From Coleofasciculus chthonoplastes F2-STO-03 (GTDB taxonomy: Bacteria; Cyanobacteriota; Cyanobacteriia; Cyanobacteriales; Coleofasciculaceae), in assembly GCA_040222015.1 (NCBI GenBank), contig JAVJWO010000139.1, positions 1 to 42,046 on the forward strand: 42,046 nt of DNA, read 5' to 3'. Below, in pieces: positions 1 to 10,660 of the stretch. Both the position numbers and the translations under genes were made by a program. Positions within the stretch are counted from its first letter, which is position 1. Each line of letters opens with the position of its first letter. The notes beneath the pieces are model-generated. The model had not been told where the DNA came from. It saw only the letters and a list, made by a program, of their open reading frames with translations, and did no database searches.

Positions 1-140
1 GAGAGGGGATGGGGGTGAGGGTTCCCCTTCTCCCCACGGTGGGAGAAGGGGTTAGGGGATGAGGGGGAAATGTCGAGGAGTAGACAGACACAGCTTAAAA
101 CCTTGTCAGTATTAGTTTGCACCTTAAGTTGACACCAATG
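1..140. repeat. Cluster of cyanobacterial intergenic repeats
   Basis: CCCCTTCTCCC..GGGAGAAGGGG inverted repeat with GGGGATGAGGG-type arms, then CTTAAGTTGACACCAATG, which resembles a MITE-like terminal sequence. Confidence 0.55.
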
Positions 141-231
141 CCCGCCATACCCAGTCAACATTCCCTAACCCTTAATTTTACCGGGTCGCCTCCCGCAGGG
201 TATCGGTAATTATCTGACACCGTATTTAGAC

Positions 232-293
232 AGGGGCGAGTCGATATAGGTTGATTCTTACACCGCCTACGATGTGCAGCGACTCGCCCCTAC
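232..293. repeat. REP-like inverted repeat (GTAG family)
   Basis: AGGGGCGAGTCG (232-243) is complementary to CGACTCGCCCCT (280-291), followed by AC. Confidence 0.7.
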
Positions 294-318
294 AACCACG
301 ATAATCTTATAATGACTA

Positions 319-1536
319 ATGGATATTGTAGAAAGCATTAAAATGGCGTCCACCACGCTGATGGCGAACAAGCTACGCAGTAGCTTAACCATGCTGGGCA
401 TCATTATTGGCAATGCCTCAGTGATCGCGATGGTGGGAATTGGACAGGGAGCGCAAAAGCTAGCCTCTGAACAGTTTGAAGCTCTCAGTCCTCATGTCCT
501 ATTTGTGATTCCTGGCTCTCGTGAAGCGCAACAGACCACGTTTGATTTGCCGAAAACATTAGTTTGGGAAGACGCTAAGGCGATCGCGACTCAAGTTCCA
601 GCCGTTGCCGAAGTTGCCCCGGAAATTAATTTGAGATATTTAATCACATACCGTAATCGCAATAGTAATTCATTGGTAACCGGAACAACCCCAGAATTCC
701 CATCTGTTCGCAGTTTTAATGTTGCCAGAGGACGATTTTTTACCAATCTTGATATAAAACGTAACAACCAAGTTGCCGTTTTGGGTTCTGAAGTCGTCGA
801 AAAAATGTTTGGCTATCAAGATCCGATTGGTCAATCAGTGCGGATTAAAGATATTCGCTTTGAAGTGATCGGGGTGATGGAACCCAAAGGTACTTTATTT
901 GGAAACAACCTGGATGATGTGGTGTTTATCCCTCTAAGTACAATGGCAAATCGATTGCGAGGGCGCACTTCTCCTTACGGGGTTCAAGTGAGCTGGATTG
1001 CTGTTGCGGCTAAGGATCGAGAGAGTATTAGTGCGGCGAAATTTCAAATTGAAAACTTACTGCGGCGACGCCACAAAATTGTGGGTGAAGATGATTTTGG
1101 TGTTGAAATTCCAGAGAATTTCTTGCAAATCGTCAATGCTGTTACAGGTGCATTAACGATCATGCTTGCCGCGATCGCAGCCATTTCCTTAGTTGTTGGC
1201 GGTATCGGCGTGATGAACATTATGCTGGTGTCAGTTAGGGAACGAACCCAGGAAATTGGACTGCGGAAAGCCGTGGGTGCTAGAGAACAGGATATCCTAA
1301 TTCAGTTTATGATTGAAGCCATTATTCTCTCCGCCGCCGGGGGAATTATTGGAACGGCAATTGGGGTAAGTGGTGTTTTACTTGTCGGTGCTTTCTCACC
1401 GTTAAAAGCTGGAATTTCTCCCATTGCTATTCTCGTGGCTGTTGGCGTTTCTGGTGGAATTGGCTTATTCTTTGGCGTTGTCCCCGCCCGACAAGCAGCG
1501 AAACTTAACCCAATTGTGGCGTTGAGAAGTGCTTAG
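319..1536 (+). CDS. MacB/FtsX-type ABC transporter permease
   Basis: LRSSLTMLGIIIG N-terminal TM helix, periplasmic domain, GGIGVMNIMLVSVRERTQEIGLRKAVGA motif, C-terminal PARQAAKLNP. Confidence 0.93.
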   Translation: MDIVESIKMASTTLMANKLRSSLTMLGIIIGNASVIAMVGIGQGAQKLASEQFEALSPHVLFVIPGSREAQQTTFDLPKTLVWEDAKAIATQVPAVAEVAPEINLRYLITYRNRNSNSLVTGTTPEFPSVRSFNVARGRFFTNLDIKRNNQVAVLGSEVVEKMFGYQDPIGQSVRIKDIRFEVIGVMEPKGTLFGNNLDDVVFIPLSTMANRLRGRTSPYGVQVSWIAVAAKDRESISAAKFQIENLLRRRHKIVGEDDFGVEIPENFLQIVNAVTGALTIMLAAIAAISLVVGGIGVMNIMLVSVRERTQEIGLRKAVGAREQDILIQFMIEAIILSAAGGIIGTAIGVSGVLLVGAFSPLKAGISPIAILVAVGVSGGIGLFFGVVPARQAAKLNPIVALRSA

Positions 1537-1560
1537 AGTGCCATGGCACATCTGTCAATT

Positions 1561-1756
1561 GTAGGGGTGGGTTTAGCGACAATTTGTAGGAGAGGGTTTA
1601 GGCACAATTGTAGGGGCGGGTTTAGGCACAATTGTAGGGGCGGGTTTAGGGAATCAATTCAGCTAATCACCGATAAATGAACAACAAAACCCGCCCTATC
1701 TCACCGATAAATGAACAAAAAAACCTGACCTACCTCACCAATAAATGAACAAAACC
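1561..1756. repeat. REP/REPIN cluster with tandem subunits
   Basis: Four ~24-nt GTAGGGGCGGGTTTAGGCACAATT-like units, a full doublet at 1634-1700, then CACCRATAAATGAACAA units. Confidence 0.85.
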
Positions 1757-1759
1757 GTT

Positions 1760-2119
1760 CTATTGATTTACTAAAAATACAGGAGATTCGATAACATGGA
1801 AATATATTAGTGCTAAAACAAATAAGGTGTAAACCGTTGATGTACCAAAACCAATGAGTAAATCTTTTTTATAATTCCGCTGCTTTTGCTCAAAAAACAT
1901 ATCTGTAGCTCCCCTATGCATCATCAAAATTCCTATAATGTTTGAAAGCCAGTAACCAACAGCGGTGAGCGGCAAGAACAGGTCAGGAAAAATCCAACTA
2001 AACAGATAGGCAAAAAGGTAGGCAATGGGCATATTAAAAAATAAATCATTCCACCAAGACAACGGGGAGAGCATATAGCCAATTCCCATTAAAAATCCAC
2101 CTCTCAGTTTTTTCAGCAT
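1760..2119 (-). CDS. Small cyanobacterial membrane protein (~3 TM helices)
   Basis: 119-aa hydrophobic ORF containing the GYMLSPLSWWNDLFFN motif. Confidence 0.8.
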   Translation of the reverse strand: MLKKLRGGFLMGIGYMLSPLSWWNDLFFNMPIAYLFAYLFSWIFPDLFLPLTAVGYWLSNIIGILMMHRGATDMFFEQKQRNYKKDLLIGFGTSTVYTLFVLALIYFHVIESPVFLVNQ

Positions 2120-2185
2120 TGAATGTACCCGGTATATCTATAGCTTTGATGAAATATAATGATTATACAGCCAAAATACTATTTA

Positions 2186-2341
2186 GTAGGGCGGGTTTTG
2201 TTGTTGAGTTATCAGTGAATACATAATTGAGTTCCTAAACCCGCCCCTACAATTGGCTTTTGTTGTTCCGTTATCAGTAGGGCGGGTTTTGTTGTTTAGT
2301 TATCGGTGAATAAATAATTGAGTTCCTAAACCCGCCCCTAC
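2186..2341. repeat. Two REPIN-like doublets
   Basis: GTAGGGCGGGTTTT...AAACCCGCCCCTAC at 2186-2250 and 2277-2341; reverse-complement relatives of 1634-1700. Confidence 0.85.
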
Positions 2342-2415
2342 AAACCAACTTATTATTTTTCTCTGCCTGCCATACCCCTTACTCCCTTTGTCTTCTTGAT
2401 TAACCTTAGAGCTTT

Positions 2416-3180
2416 ATGCACGACTCTATCAATTTTCCATCGTCTATTCATTCAACGTCAGTGGAAACACCCATCATTATTCGTCTAGAAAATATCTCTA
2501 AGGTTTATGGTACAGGGAACACAGAAGTCAAAGCCCTCAGCCAAGTGAATCTAACCATAAACAAAGGTGAATACTGCTCGATTATGGGGGCGTCGGGTTC
2601 CGGAAAATCAACCGTCATGAATGTTATCGGCTGTCTTGATCAACCCACCTCTGGACGCTATTACCTCGATGGTGTGGATGTTTCTCATCTCAATGATGCC
2701 CAATTAGCTGGGATTCGCAATGTCAAGATTGGTTTTGTGTTTCAGCAATTTCATCTTCTCCCCCAACTCACCGCCTTGGAAAATGTGATGTTACCCATGG
2801 TGTATGCTGGAATTTTCCCCCAAGAACGGCGCGATCGCGCCATGAGTGCTTTAAAACGGGTTGGCTTGGAAAATCGCCAGTTAAATAAGCCCAATCAACT
2901 GTCTGGGGGACAACAGCAACGGGTAGCCATTGCCCGCGCGATCGTCAATCAACCTGTATTACTGTTGGCAGATGAACCAACGGGGGCGCTGGATTCTCAT
3001 ACAACGGCTGAAGTGATTGGGTTATTCAGCCAACTCAATGAGGAGGGAATTACGGTGGTGATGGTGACTCACGAACCAGATGTTGCTCGTTTGACGAAAC
3101 GTATTGTTTGGTTTCGGGATGGTGAAGTTATTCATTCTCATTTAACTCCAGAGGAAATGGTGCAAGTGGCAACAGCATAA
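2416..3180 (+). CDS. ABC transporter ATP-binding protein (LolD/MacB type)
   Basis: Walker A GASGSGKS, signature LSGGQQQRV, Walker B LLLADEPT, H-loop VTHE. Confidence 0.95.
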   Translation: MHDSINFPSSIHSTSVETPIIIRLENISKVYGTGNTEVKALSQVNLTINKGEYCSIMGASGSGKSTVMNVIGCLDQPTSGRYYLDGVDVSHLNDAQLAGIRNVKIGFVFQQFHLLPQLTALENVMLPMVYAGIFPQERRDRAMSALKRVGLENRQLNKPNQLSGGQQQRVAIARAIVNQPVLLLADEPTGALDSHTTAEVIGLFSQLNEEGITVVMVTHEPDVARLTKRIVWFRDGEVIHSHLTPEEMVQVATA

Positions 3181-3191
3181 TCACTCAAAAC

Positions 3192-4058
3192 TTAAGTGCC
3201 AACGGATATCGGTTTTGATTTACTGTTCCGCAAAAAACCCATAAAGTTTTGTACGAAAGATTGACTGAGTGTTTTGCTTTCCGATTCTTCGGTCAATTGC
3301 GCGGGTAAAGGTTCAACGGATTGAGTGGGTAGATTTCCCACGAATAACGGCACTTCTTCAGCTAAACCGACGGTAATCAGAGCAAAAGCAATTTGCTGCA
3401 CTTTTTCTATCGGGAGTCGTAGTTCCCTGGCAATCATTTTCAGCGAAACTGTCCCTTTGGTGTACTCCCAAATCTGCCATTCGACTGGATCTAATCGGGA
3501 ACGAAGTTGACCTGTCTTTGTACTGATTAAACCGCTATTGGGATCAGGTAATTTATCAGCTAAGGTATCCCAGTTTGGCATCACCCGTAATCCCATTAAC
3601 GTGGCTTCAGTGGCGGGTATGCTCAACCCCGTCATTTCTCGCCCCGGTAGAGGTGCATTCTGCTCCAATTTAAATTGAGCATCTTTGAGTTGGAACAGGG
3701 TGCCGATTTGCTGTAAAACCTGAACTTGGAATAACTGCTTGAGATGTTCGGTTTGTAAAACACCGTGATTTTTGAGACACAATCCCAGAGGTTTTCCAGT
3801 CGGACAGCACCATTGGACTAACTTGGCTACCACGCGATCGCTCACCCACTGGTATTGCTCGATCAGTGCGATTAAACCTTGACCATCCAAGCGATTAGCC
3901 GTCGCGACAATACGACCTTGGTGAACCCATACATAATAGGGAATTGATGGGCTGGTTAATGCGGTGCGTAATGTGAGTAACCCGGTTTTTTTCCCTTGTT
4001 CAATCAAATGAAACAGTTCGGGAAGGGACAAGTCCGATAAGTAACCTCTAATAGCCAT
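3192..4058 (-). CDS. DUF4388 (PATAN-like) domain protein
   Basis: GYLSDLSLPELFHLIEQGKKTGLL N-terminus and C-terminal wHTH-like segment; paralogue of 4998-5864. Confidence 0.85.
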   Translation of the reverse strand: MAIRGYLSDLSLPELFHLIEQGKKTGLLTLRTALTSPSIPYYVWVHQGRIVATANRLDGQGLIALIEQYQWVSDRVVAKLVQWCCPTGKPLGLCLKNHGVLQTEHLKQLFQVQVLQQIGTLFQLKDAQFKLEQNAPLPGREMTGLSIPATEATLMGLRVMPNWDTLADKLPDPNSGLISTKTGQLRSRLDPVEWQIWEYTKGTVSLKMIARELRLPIEKVQQIAFALITVGLAEEVPLFVGNLPTQSVEPLPAQLTEESESKTLSQSFVQNFMGFLRNSKSKPISVGT

Positions 4059-4452
4059 AATTTTAAAAGGACAGTTTTAAGAACATCAGCGCAGACTTCA
4101 ATCAGGCAGGACGTGTTAAAGCTTTAAAGGAAGTTAGCTGAATTTTATATTTTCTTAATAATATTATAGCTTAACAATTATTCATATTAGCCGATAGTCT
4201 TAATTTTTTCAGCATGATCCTGTCACATCAGCCCAAGTAGCGAGGACGCCGAAGCCTGCATGAAGCAAAAACATCTGGCTAGCTTACTTCTATATATATA
4301 TATGAACAAAATGCTCACACGATCCATAATGATTTACAAAAATGGAATTTGCCTTCTGTTGCTTCCGGCGTTGGGAATAATTAAATATAGTGATGTAAAT
4401 CTAGTTTTCTATAGAATTTATTTATTAGAAAGAAGTAAAAATTCCCAAACTC

Positions 4453-4995
4453 TTATGTTTTAACAACACAATTTAAATAATGTTCAATTAAGACAATTAG
4501 AGTATCAATAACTGAATCTTTTTCATTCGCATTTAAGGTAACGAAAGGCGGACGAGTTTTTTCATCCACAAACCCTAGAGCGATCGCGACATTTTCTTCA
4601 GACCAAGCGCCTTCACAATCCCTGTGGGTCAAGCCAATTAACATCGGAATATCTACCCGTTGCTTCATAAACGCCAGTAGCTTGCGGGCTGAGCGAAAAT
4701 CGCTAGGTCGGTGAGCATCTACCAAAAGGATATAAGCATGGGCTTTGCGAATCAAGATATCCCACATAAAATCGAAGCGAGCTTGTCCGGGTGTACCATA
4801 GAGATGCAATGCCATTTCTGGGGCAAATTGTAAGCGTCCAAAGTCCATCGCTACGGTTGTTTTTTTCTTCATGTCAGTAGTTTGATCGGTTGAGAGTCGA
4901 TCTGTATCAACTACAGCAATCTCGCTAACTGAGCGAATGAAGGTGGACTTACCAGCACCCACTGTACCCGTAACAACTAGACGCATAATTTCCAC
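4453..4995 (-). CDS. MglA/conservon-type small GTPase
   Basis: GTVGAGKST P-loop, TTVAMDFG, LYGTPGQARFDFMW; GTG start. Confidence 0.9.
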   Translation of the reverse strand: MEIMRLVVTGTVGAGKSTFIRSVSEIAVVDTDRLSTDQTTDMKKKTTVAMDFGRLQFAPEMALHLYGTPGQARFDFMWDILIRKAHAYILLVDAHRPSDFRSARKLLAFMKQRVDIPMLIGLTHRDCEGAWSEENVAIALGFVDEKTRPPFVTLNANEKDSVIDTLIVLIEHYLNCVVKT

Positions 4996-4997
4996 CG

Positions 4998-5864
4998 TTA
5001 CTTGCTGCTCCTCAAGAAACCCAGCAAGTTTTGCATAAACGAAGAACTAACCTGAGAGCCATTATCCTCTTTACTGCCGTGATTGGTGCCAGCAGCTACA
5101 GGCTCTAACACATCTTCTGCCATTGCTTTAGAACGAGACGTCGCCGTCATCATTGGGACTTCTTGGACTAAACCCACGCTAATCAGTCGGAATGCCGTTT
5201 GTTGAATTATTTCTATGGGTTGTTTGAGCTGAGTTGCCATTGTGTTCAGAGAAATCGAGCCATTTGATCGCTGCCAAACTTGCCCTTCCACCGAATCCAA
5301 GCGCAGATGACGCTTGCCAATCACTACTCTCGACAGGGCGGAGGTTGGTTCTGGCAGTTTGTTTGCTAATAATACCCAGTCTCTTAACACTCGTAAACCC
5401 ATTAACGTAGCTTCGGTGGCGCTGAGGCTTAAGCCAGTCATTTCCGTCGTGGGCAAAGTCGCTTTAGTATCAAATTTAAATCGAGCCTCTCTCAGCCGAA
5501 ACAAACCACAGACTTGCCGTAGAACTTGAGCGTGGAACAACAGTCTGAGTTGTTCCGGCTGGAGAAACGATTGAGTCTTTAAATATAAACCAATCGGAAT
5601 ATTCGCTGGGCAACGGTTCACCTGCTCTCGCAACACTTCCGGGCTAATCCAGCCTCGTTGTACAATCATGGCGAGCAAGCACTGGTGATCCAAGCGATTG
5701 GTCACAGCGACAATGCGACCTTGATGTAATAGTACATGGCGTACTCGTTTCTCATGATTCTCCGTCTGAAACCGCAAGGTCAGCAATCCGGTTTTGCTGC
5801 CTTGATCCAGAAATTGAAATAGTTCAGGGAGAGAAAACTCCGACAAACAGCTTGTAATTGCCAT
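4998..5864 (-). CDS. DUF4388 (PATAN-like) domain protein
   Basis: LSEFSLPELFQFLDQGSKTGLL N-terminus; both paralogues are 288 aa and share EMTGLS..ATEATLMGLRV. Confidence 0.85.
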   Translation of the reverse strand: MAITSCLSEFSLPELFQFLDQGSKTGLLTLRFQTENHEKRVRHVLLHQGRIVAVTNRLDHQCLLAMIVQRGWISPEVLREQVNRCPANIPIGLYLKTQSFLQPEQLRLLFHAQVLRQVCGLFRLREARFKFDTKATLPTTEMTGLSLSATEATLMGLRVLRDWVLLANKLPEPTSALSRVVIGKRHLRLDSVEGQVWQRSNGSISLNTMATQLKQPIEIIQQTAFRLISVGLVQEVPMMTATSRSKAMAEDVLEPVAAGTNHGSKEDNGSQVSSSFMQNLLGFLRSSK

Positions 5865-6341
5865 TACTTGTTCACTACTTGCTAAAAACTTGTCAAAAAA
5901 TAGGCAAACTCTAGACTTATTGTCTTAGGTTTACAATTCCAATTGAAGAATAATCAATTTTTTGTTACTTATCTTAGATAAATCATAAATATCTTTATGA
6001 TCTATAGTAATCGTGTTATCCTAACCTTGGCAACATCAGTCAGAGCGCCAAAGCAACAGTCAGGACAAGTTTACACTGCCTGATTCAAGATTGGGTGTCG
6101 GTTCTCAGGATTCTTTCAAATTCAAGACTTACCTGTGAGCGGCGCTTTAGCTTACCTTACCGACTTGATAGAGCTATGGGGATTAAATCTCTATCTTGTA
6201 TTTGAGCTTAAACTCAAGCCCACACTGCATTCTGGATAAACTCACTCTTCGGCGAGTGTAAGAAGTGTAAGAGAGTATCCCACCTCGTCACAGCCATGAT
6301 AGAGGTAGGAGAGCAATTGTGGTTTTTGTCGTGGTCATCAA

Positions 6342-6764
6342 TTATTCAGCGACCTGTGATTGAGTGTCATAAGCTCCTGATATTTTCCGGATTGGATCAA
6401 GCGCCGCCTTCAACTCTGGAATCACACGCTTAATTTCCAGTAACAGTACACCTTGTTTCGCCGCTTTGCTGGCTAAAACCAGTAATACCGCATATTCGCC
6501 GCAATTGGTTAAAATGCCGTAGCCGCGATCGCCTTCCACGTAGATGCGATCAAGAAAGCCTCGGGACAATTCTGAGCCAATCCGCTCTCCCAACGACAGC
6601 ATCGCGGCTGACATGGCGGAAACTCGTTCTTCATCCATCTCATTGGGCAAGCTTGAAGCTAAGGGTAGCCCGTCTGGAGACACCAAAGCTGCTCCCTGAA
6701 CCTCACTGGTGCCCGTCACAAAATTTTGCAAAATGTTCTCAATCTTCGCCGTGTTAATGGTCAT
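6342..6764 (-). CDS. Roadblock/LC7 (MglB-like) protein
   Basis: GAALVSPDGLPLAS and ERVSAMSAAMLSLG motifs; start moved to MTINTAK (GAGG RBS upstream; 6770 is also possible). Confidence 0.88.
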   Translation of the reverse strand: MTINTAKIENILQNFVTGTSEVQGAALVSPDGLPLASSLPNEMDEERVSAMSAAMLSLGERIGSELSRGFLDRIYVEGDRGYGILTNCGEYAVLLVLASKAAKQGVLLLEIKRVIPELKAALDPIRKISGAYDTQSQVAE

Positions 6765-7147
6765 TGTCATCATCCTCGATAAGTCCGGGTTTGAGCTGGT
6801 GAGACAGTCAAAGGGTATGAATACCACTAAATCCATCCATTATCCAAGTATCCAACTCTATCTCACAATCGAACTTATCACGGACGTTTTCGGATTAGGA
6901 TTTTAGGTGCTTGGAGACCAAGCCCCTACTCTTATGTTTACCAAACTTTACAAACAGGGGTCGCCCTCCGATCGGTAGAGTTTGCTTAGGCTCTGTGGTG
7001 CGATCGGCATCTTCCTCTATTCAGAGACGATGAAGTTGGTGGGAAGACAGAGACAATGATTGCCAAATGCAGGATAATGGGCAAAGTTTTCACGTTTTGT
7101 TACCTTAGACCTTCCTCCCTGTCAAAGCACTTATTTTTTCATCGGCT

Positions 7148-8956
7148 ATGCGGACTCATTATTGCGGCGAATTGCGAAGTAACCATGTTGGTGAAACCGT
7201 TACCCTTTGTGGTTGGGTAGATCGGCGACGTGACCACGGGGGGGTGATATTTTTAGATTTGCGCGATCGCACGGGTATTGTGCAAATTGTTAGTGATCCT
7301 CAGCGCACGCCGGATTCTTATCCGAATGCAGAAGCCGTGCGGAATGAATATGTGGTGCAAATTACCGGGCGTGTGAGTCGGCGTCCCGATGATTCGCTCA
7401 ACCCGAATTTATCCACGGGTGAAGTGGAAGTGTATGCGGATCAGATTACACCGTTAAATACGGTGCGGAAGCAGTTACCGTTTCAGGTGTCCACCGCCGA
7501 AGCCGACGCCGTGCGGGAAGAATTACGCCTCAAATATCGGTATCTGGATATTCGCCGCGATCGCATGCGCCAAAATATAGAATTGCGCCATGAGGTGATT
7601 AAGGCGATTCGTCGGTATTTAGAAGATGAGCAACGCTTCATTGAGGTGGAAACTCCAATGTTAACCCGTTCCACACCGGAAGGGGCGAGAGACTATCTAG
7701 TACCTTCTCGCGTGAATCCCGGACAGTGGTATGCACTACCACAATCACCGCAATTATTCAAGCAGTTGTTGATGGTTGCCGGATTAGACCGTTACTATCA
7801 GATTGCCCGTTGCTTTCGGGATGAAGATTTAAGGGCAGATCGTCAGCCGGAGTTTACCCAGTTGGACATGGAAATGAGTTTTATGTCCCAGGATGAGATT
7901 CTCCAGCTTAATGAAGGCTTGGTTTGTCATATCTTTAAAACCGTAAAAGGGATAGACATTCCCCGCCCCTTTCCCCGTTTCACCTACGCCGAAGTCATGG
8001 AACGCTACGGTACGGATAAACCTGATACCCGCTTTGGCTTAGAACTGGTGGATGTCTCGGAATTGTTGAAAGACTCAGGATTTAAAGTCTTTTCCGGTGC
8101 AGTCGCGGCTGGGGGTAAAGTAAAAGTTCTGCCCATTCCTGGCGGTAACGACAAAATTTCCAACGTGCGGATTAAACCGGGTAAGAGTGGTGACTTGTTT
8201 AACGAAGCCACCGCCGCAGGTGCTAAAGGTTTGGCTTATATTCGGGTGCGAGACAACTGGGAAATCGACACAATTGGGGCGATTAAAGATAATCTCAGTG
8301 AAGAACAGAAACAGAAATTACTGGAGATGACAGGGGCAAAACCCGGTCATTTACTCCTATTTGGTGCGGGGGATACGGATGTGGTGAATAAAACATTAGA
8401 TCGTCTGCGCCAAGTATTGGGTCAAGAGTTAGGACTAATTAACCCAACGAAAATTAATTTACTCTGGGTGACAGACTATCAGATGTTTGAATGGAATGCG
8501 GATGAGAAGCGCTTAGAGGCAATTCATCACCCCTTTACCGCGCCACACCCTGATGATATCGATGATCTGAAAACGGCAAGGGCGCAAGCGTATGACTTAG
8601 TGTATAACGGCTATGAAGTCGGTGGTGGCAGTTTGCGGATTTACCAGCCGGATATACAGAAACGGGTATTTGAGGCGATTGGATTGTCGCCAGAAGAGGC
8701 TCAAAATAAATTTGGTTTCTTACTGGAAGCCTTTGATTATGGCGCACCCCCTCATGGCGGAATTGCTTATGGCTTAGATCGGTTAGTTATGTTGTTAGCT
8801 GGGGAAGAATCGATTCGGGATGTGATTGCGTTTCCCAAGACGCAGCAAGCCAGTTGTTTGTTAACGGAAGCACCCGCCCAGGTGGGAGAAAAGCAGTTGA
8901 AGGAATTGCACGTTGCTTCTACCTATAAGCCGAAGAAAGCGTCTGGGGTCAAGTAG
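7148..8956 (+). CDS. aspS: Aspartate--tRNA ligase
   Basis: [59 protein letters not shown]. Confidence 0.98.
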   Translation: MRTHYCGELRSNHVGETVTLCGWVDRRRDHGGVIFLDLRDRTGIVQIVSDPQRTPDSYPNAEAVRNEYVVQITGRVSRRPDDSLNPNLSTGEVEVYADQITPLNTVRKQLPFQVSTAEADAVREELRLKYRYLDIRRDRMRQNIELRHEVIKAIRRYLEDEQRFIEVETPMLTRSTPEGARDYLVPSRVNPGQWYALPQSPQLFKQLLMVAGLDRYYQIARCFRDEDLRADRQPEFTQLDMEMSFMSQDEILQLNEGLVCHIFKTVKGIDIPRPFPRFTYAEVMERYGTDKPDTRFGLELVDVSELLKDSGFKVFSGAVAAGGKVKVLPIPGGNDKISNVRIKPGKSGDLFNEATAAGAKGLAYIRVRDNWEIDTIGAIKDNLSEEQKQKLLEMTGAKPGHLLLFGAGDTDVVNKTLDRLRQVLGQELGLINPTKINLLWVTDYQMFEWNADEKRLEAIHHPFTAPHPDDIDDLKTARAQAYDLVYNGYEVGGGSLRIYQPDIQKRVFEAIGLSPEEAQNKFGFLLEAFDYGAPPHGGIAYGLDRLVMLLAGEESIRDVIAFPKTQQASCLLTEAPAQVGEKQLKELHVASTYKPKKASGVK

Positions 8957-8980
8957 ATCGTTCGTTTTGGCAATCAATAT

Positions 8981-9010
8981 AGTAGAGACGCGCCATGGCG
9001 CGTCTCTACT
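8981..9010. repeat. GTAG REP palindrome
   Basis: Perfect 30-nt palindrome AGTAGAGACGCGCCATGGCGCGTCTCTACT between convergent genes. Confidence 0.9.
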
Positions 9011-9157
9011 CGGTGAAGAAATTGTTGAAAAAGCTGGCGATCCGCTTCAGTTAGTCCAGCATTGGATATCAGGGTTATTGTAGCGTGATCCTCCACCCGT
9101 AGGTTGGCTTGAGGCACGTCACTGCCTCGCCATCGGGTATCCCAACCTCGCCATGGG

Positions 9158-10462
9158 TTACAATTCTTCTTTGATTGGAGAAATGGGCAAATACTTCTCA
9201 ATTACTTCACCTAAGCCTAATCCCAAGCACCCAAAGCCCATACCCAACATGATAATACTTAACTCCGCACTGTTAAAAAAAGCCGCGCCTGGTTTAATTA
9301 AGGTCAGTATCAGCATTGCTACTGCCGAAAAACCACTAATAATTAATGCCAATCGGACACTACTTGAAGCAAACGTATAGCGTCCAGTTTCAGCAACGAG
9401 GTAAGCCGCAAAGGGAACCCAAACGGTTGCTACATACACGGCATAAAACAAGATAATGAGACTAATAATTGAACCACCCTTCAACGCGACGGCTAATCCC
9501 AAACCCGTATTGATAATGACAACCAATAGCCGATTCAGTTGAGAATCGGGAATTAATTCAAAATCTAAAACTACCTTCGTCTGCACCCGTAAAATACTAC
9601 TGCCAACACCTAAAGCGGGTACAATTAACGATAAAATCAATAACTGTCCCCCCAAATGATTAGCGCCTCCACCCAGCCATAGTAAAATCCAAGGAATTAT
9701 TTCTTTGCCATCAATATCGGTGGGTAAAATCCCAGCCGTTTTGGTAGCAATCACTACAGCAGACGGTAATAATGCCAGAAACAGAAATAAGATAGCCGCC
9801 AAGACACAGCCGAGATAGAGGCTACGTAAATCCTTAGCTTGCACGACAAATTGGTGATATTTCATATCAATTAACACCAGCAATACTGTCGATAAGGAGA
9901 TGCCGAGTAAAGAAGGAAGACTCATCTGGTGAAGTGCGGGGATAAAATCCACCGGGGCGTGCAAATAGAGGGGAACAGCGTGCAGTTTCGCGATCGCGTA
10001 CAATAATGCCAGGATATTGAATCCCAATAATCCCCGGAATAGCCAACTGGCTTTCTCAATTGGGAGTAGAGAAGAGAGCAGAAAGACCAGTGCTAAGCCT
10101 AGCATACTGGGCTGCACGGGTAAATCCAAAACTTTGAGGATAAATGCGCCAGCAATAATTTGCACCGCAAAAATCCCAATTAGCGATAACCAGGACATGA
10201 TTCCCACCAGCACTTTGACAGTATATCCGTAGCGGTTCCCCAGTAATGTCCAGATTGGTTCAACTGATCGCCAATAGAATCGAGCAAATACCAGGAGTAT
10301 CAGGGTGCCAAGGGCAATGGAAATCGGATAGAGGCTACCCGCCCAACCCAAGGTCAAGGCTTTTTCGGCGGTTCCGAGAACAAATCCCAAACCATAATGT
10401 GCCGATACCAGCAAAGCTGCGAGGGAAAAGAAGCCGAGTTGTCGAGTTTCAGTGTGATTCAC
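9158..10462 (-). CDS. Polytopic membrane protein, sodium:solute symporter (SSS)-like
   Basis: About 12-13 hydrophobic segments; AHYGLGFVLGTAE and LLGNRYG resemble SSS family motifs. Confidence 0.65.
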   Translation of the reverse strand: MNHTETRQLGFFSLAALLVSAHYGLGFVLGTAEKALTLGWAGSLYPISIALGTLILLVFARFYWRSVEPIWTLLGNRYGYTVKVLVGIMSWLSLIGIFAVQIIAGAFILKVLDLPVQPSMLGLALVFLLSSLLPIEKASWLFRGLLGFNILALLYAIAKLHAVPLYLHAPVDFIPALHQMSLPSLLGISLSTVLLVLIDMKYHQFVVQAKDLRSLYLGCVLAAILFLFLALLPSAVVIATKTAGILPTDIDGKEIIPWILLWLGGGANHLGGQLLILSLIVPALGVGSSILRVQTKVVLDFELIPDSQLNRLLVVIINTGLGLAVALKGGSIISLIILFYAVYVATVWVPFAAYLVAETGRYTFASSSVRLALIISGFSAVAMLILTLIKPGAAFFNSAELSIIMLGMGFGCLGLGLGEVIEKYLPISPIKEEL

Positions 10463-10660
10463 AGATGATAATCAAGTAAAGTCTTCACCGGTGAGGACAC
10501 GGCAGTTTTCCCTACCATAACAAGCGAGATAATGGATAGGGTAGGGATACAATACTATCGTGCCCTCCAAGCTGTGGTGTAAATCATCCGAGTTTCATTT
10601 ATCCTAAACCGATTTAATCAGCAGACTAAAATACTCGCATTTGCCACCAGGCAGTCTTTT

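Noticed and set aside
1561..1756. Possible CRISPR array
   Set aside because: Units are contiguous with no unique spacers, they match REP sequences elsewhere in the window, and there are no cas genes
4260..4463. 67-aa ORF in the GTPase-DUF4388 spacer
   Set aside because: AT-rich, antisense to the cluster, no RBS or motif
8974..9201. 75-aa ORF after the transporter gene
   Set aside because: It runs through a REP palindrome and overlaps the transporter; it may be a gene relic but this cannot be supported
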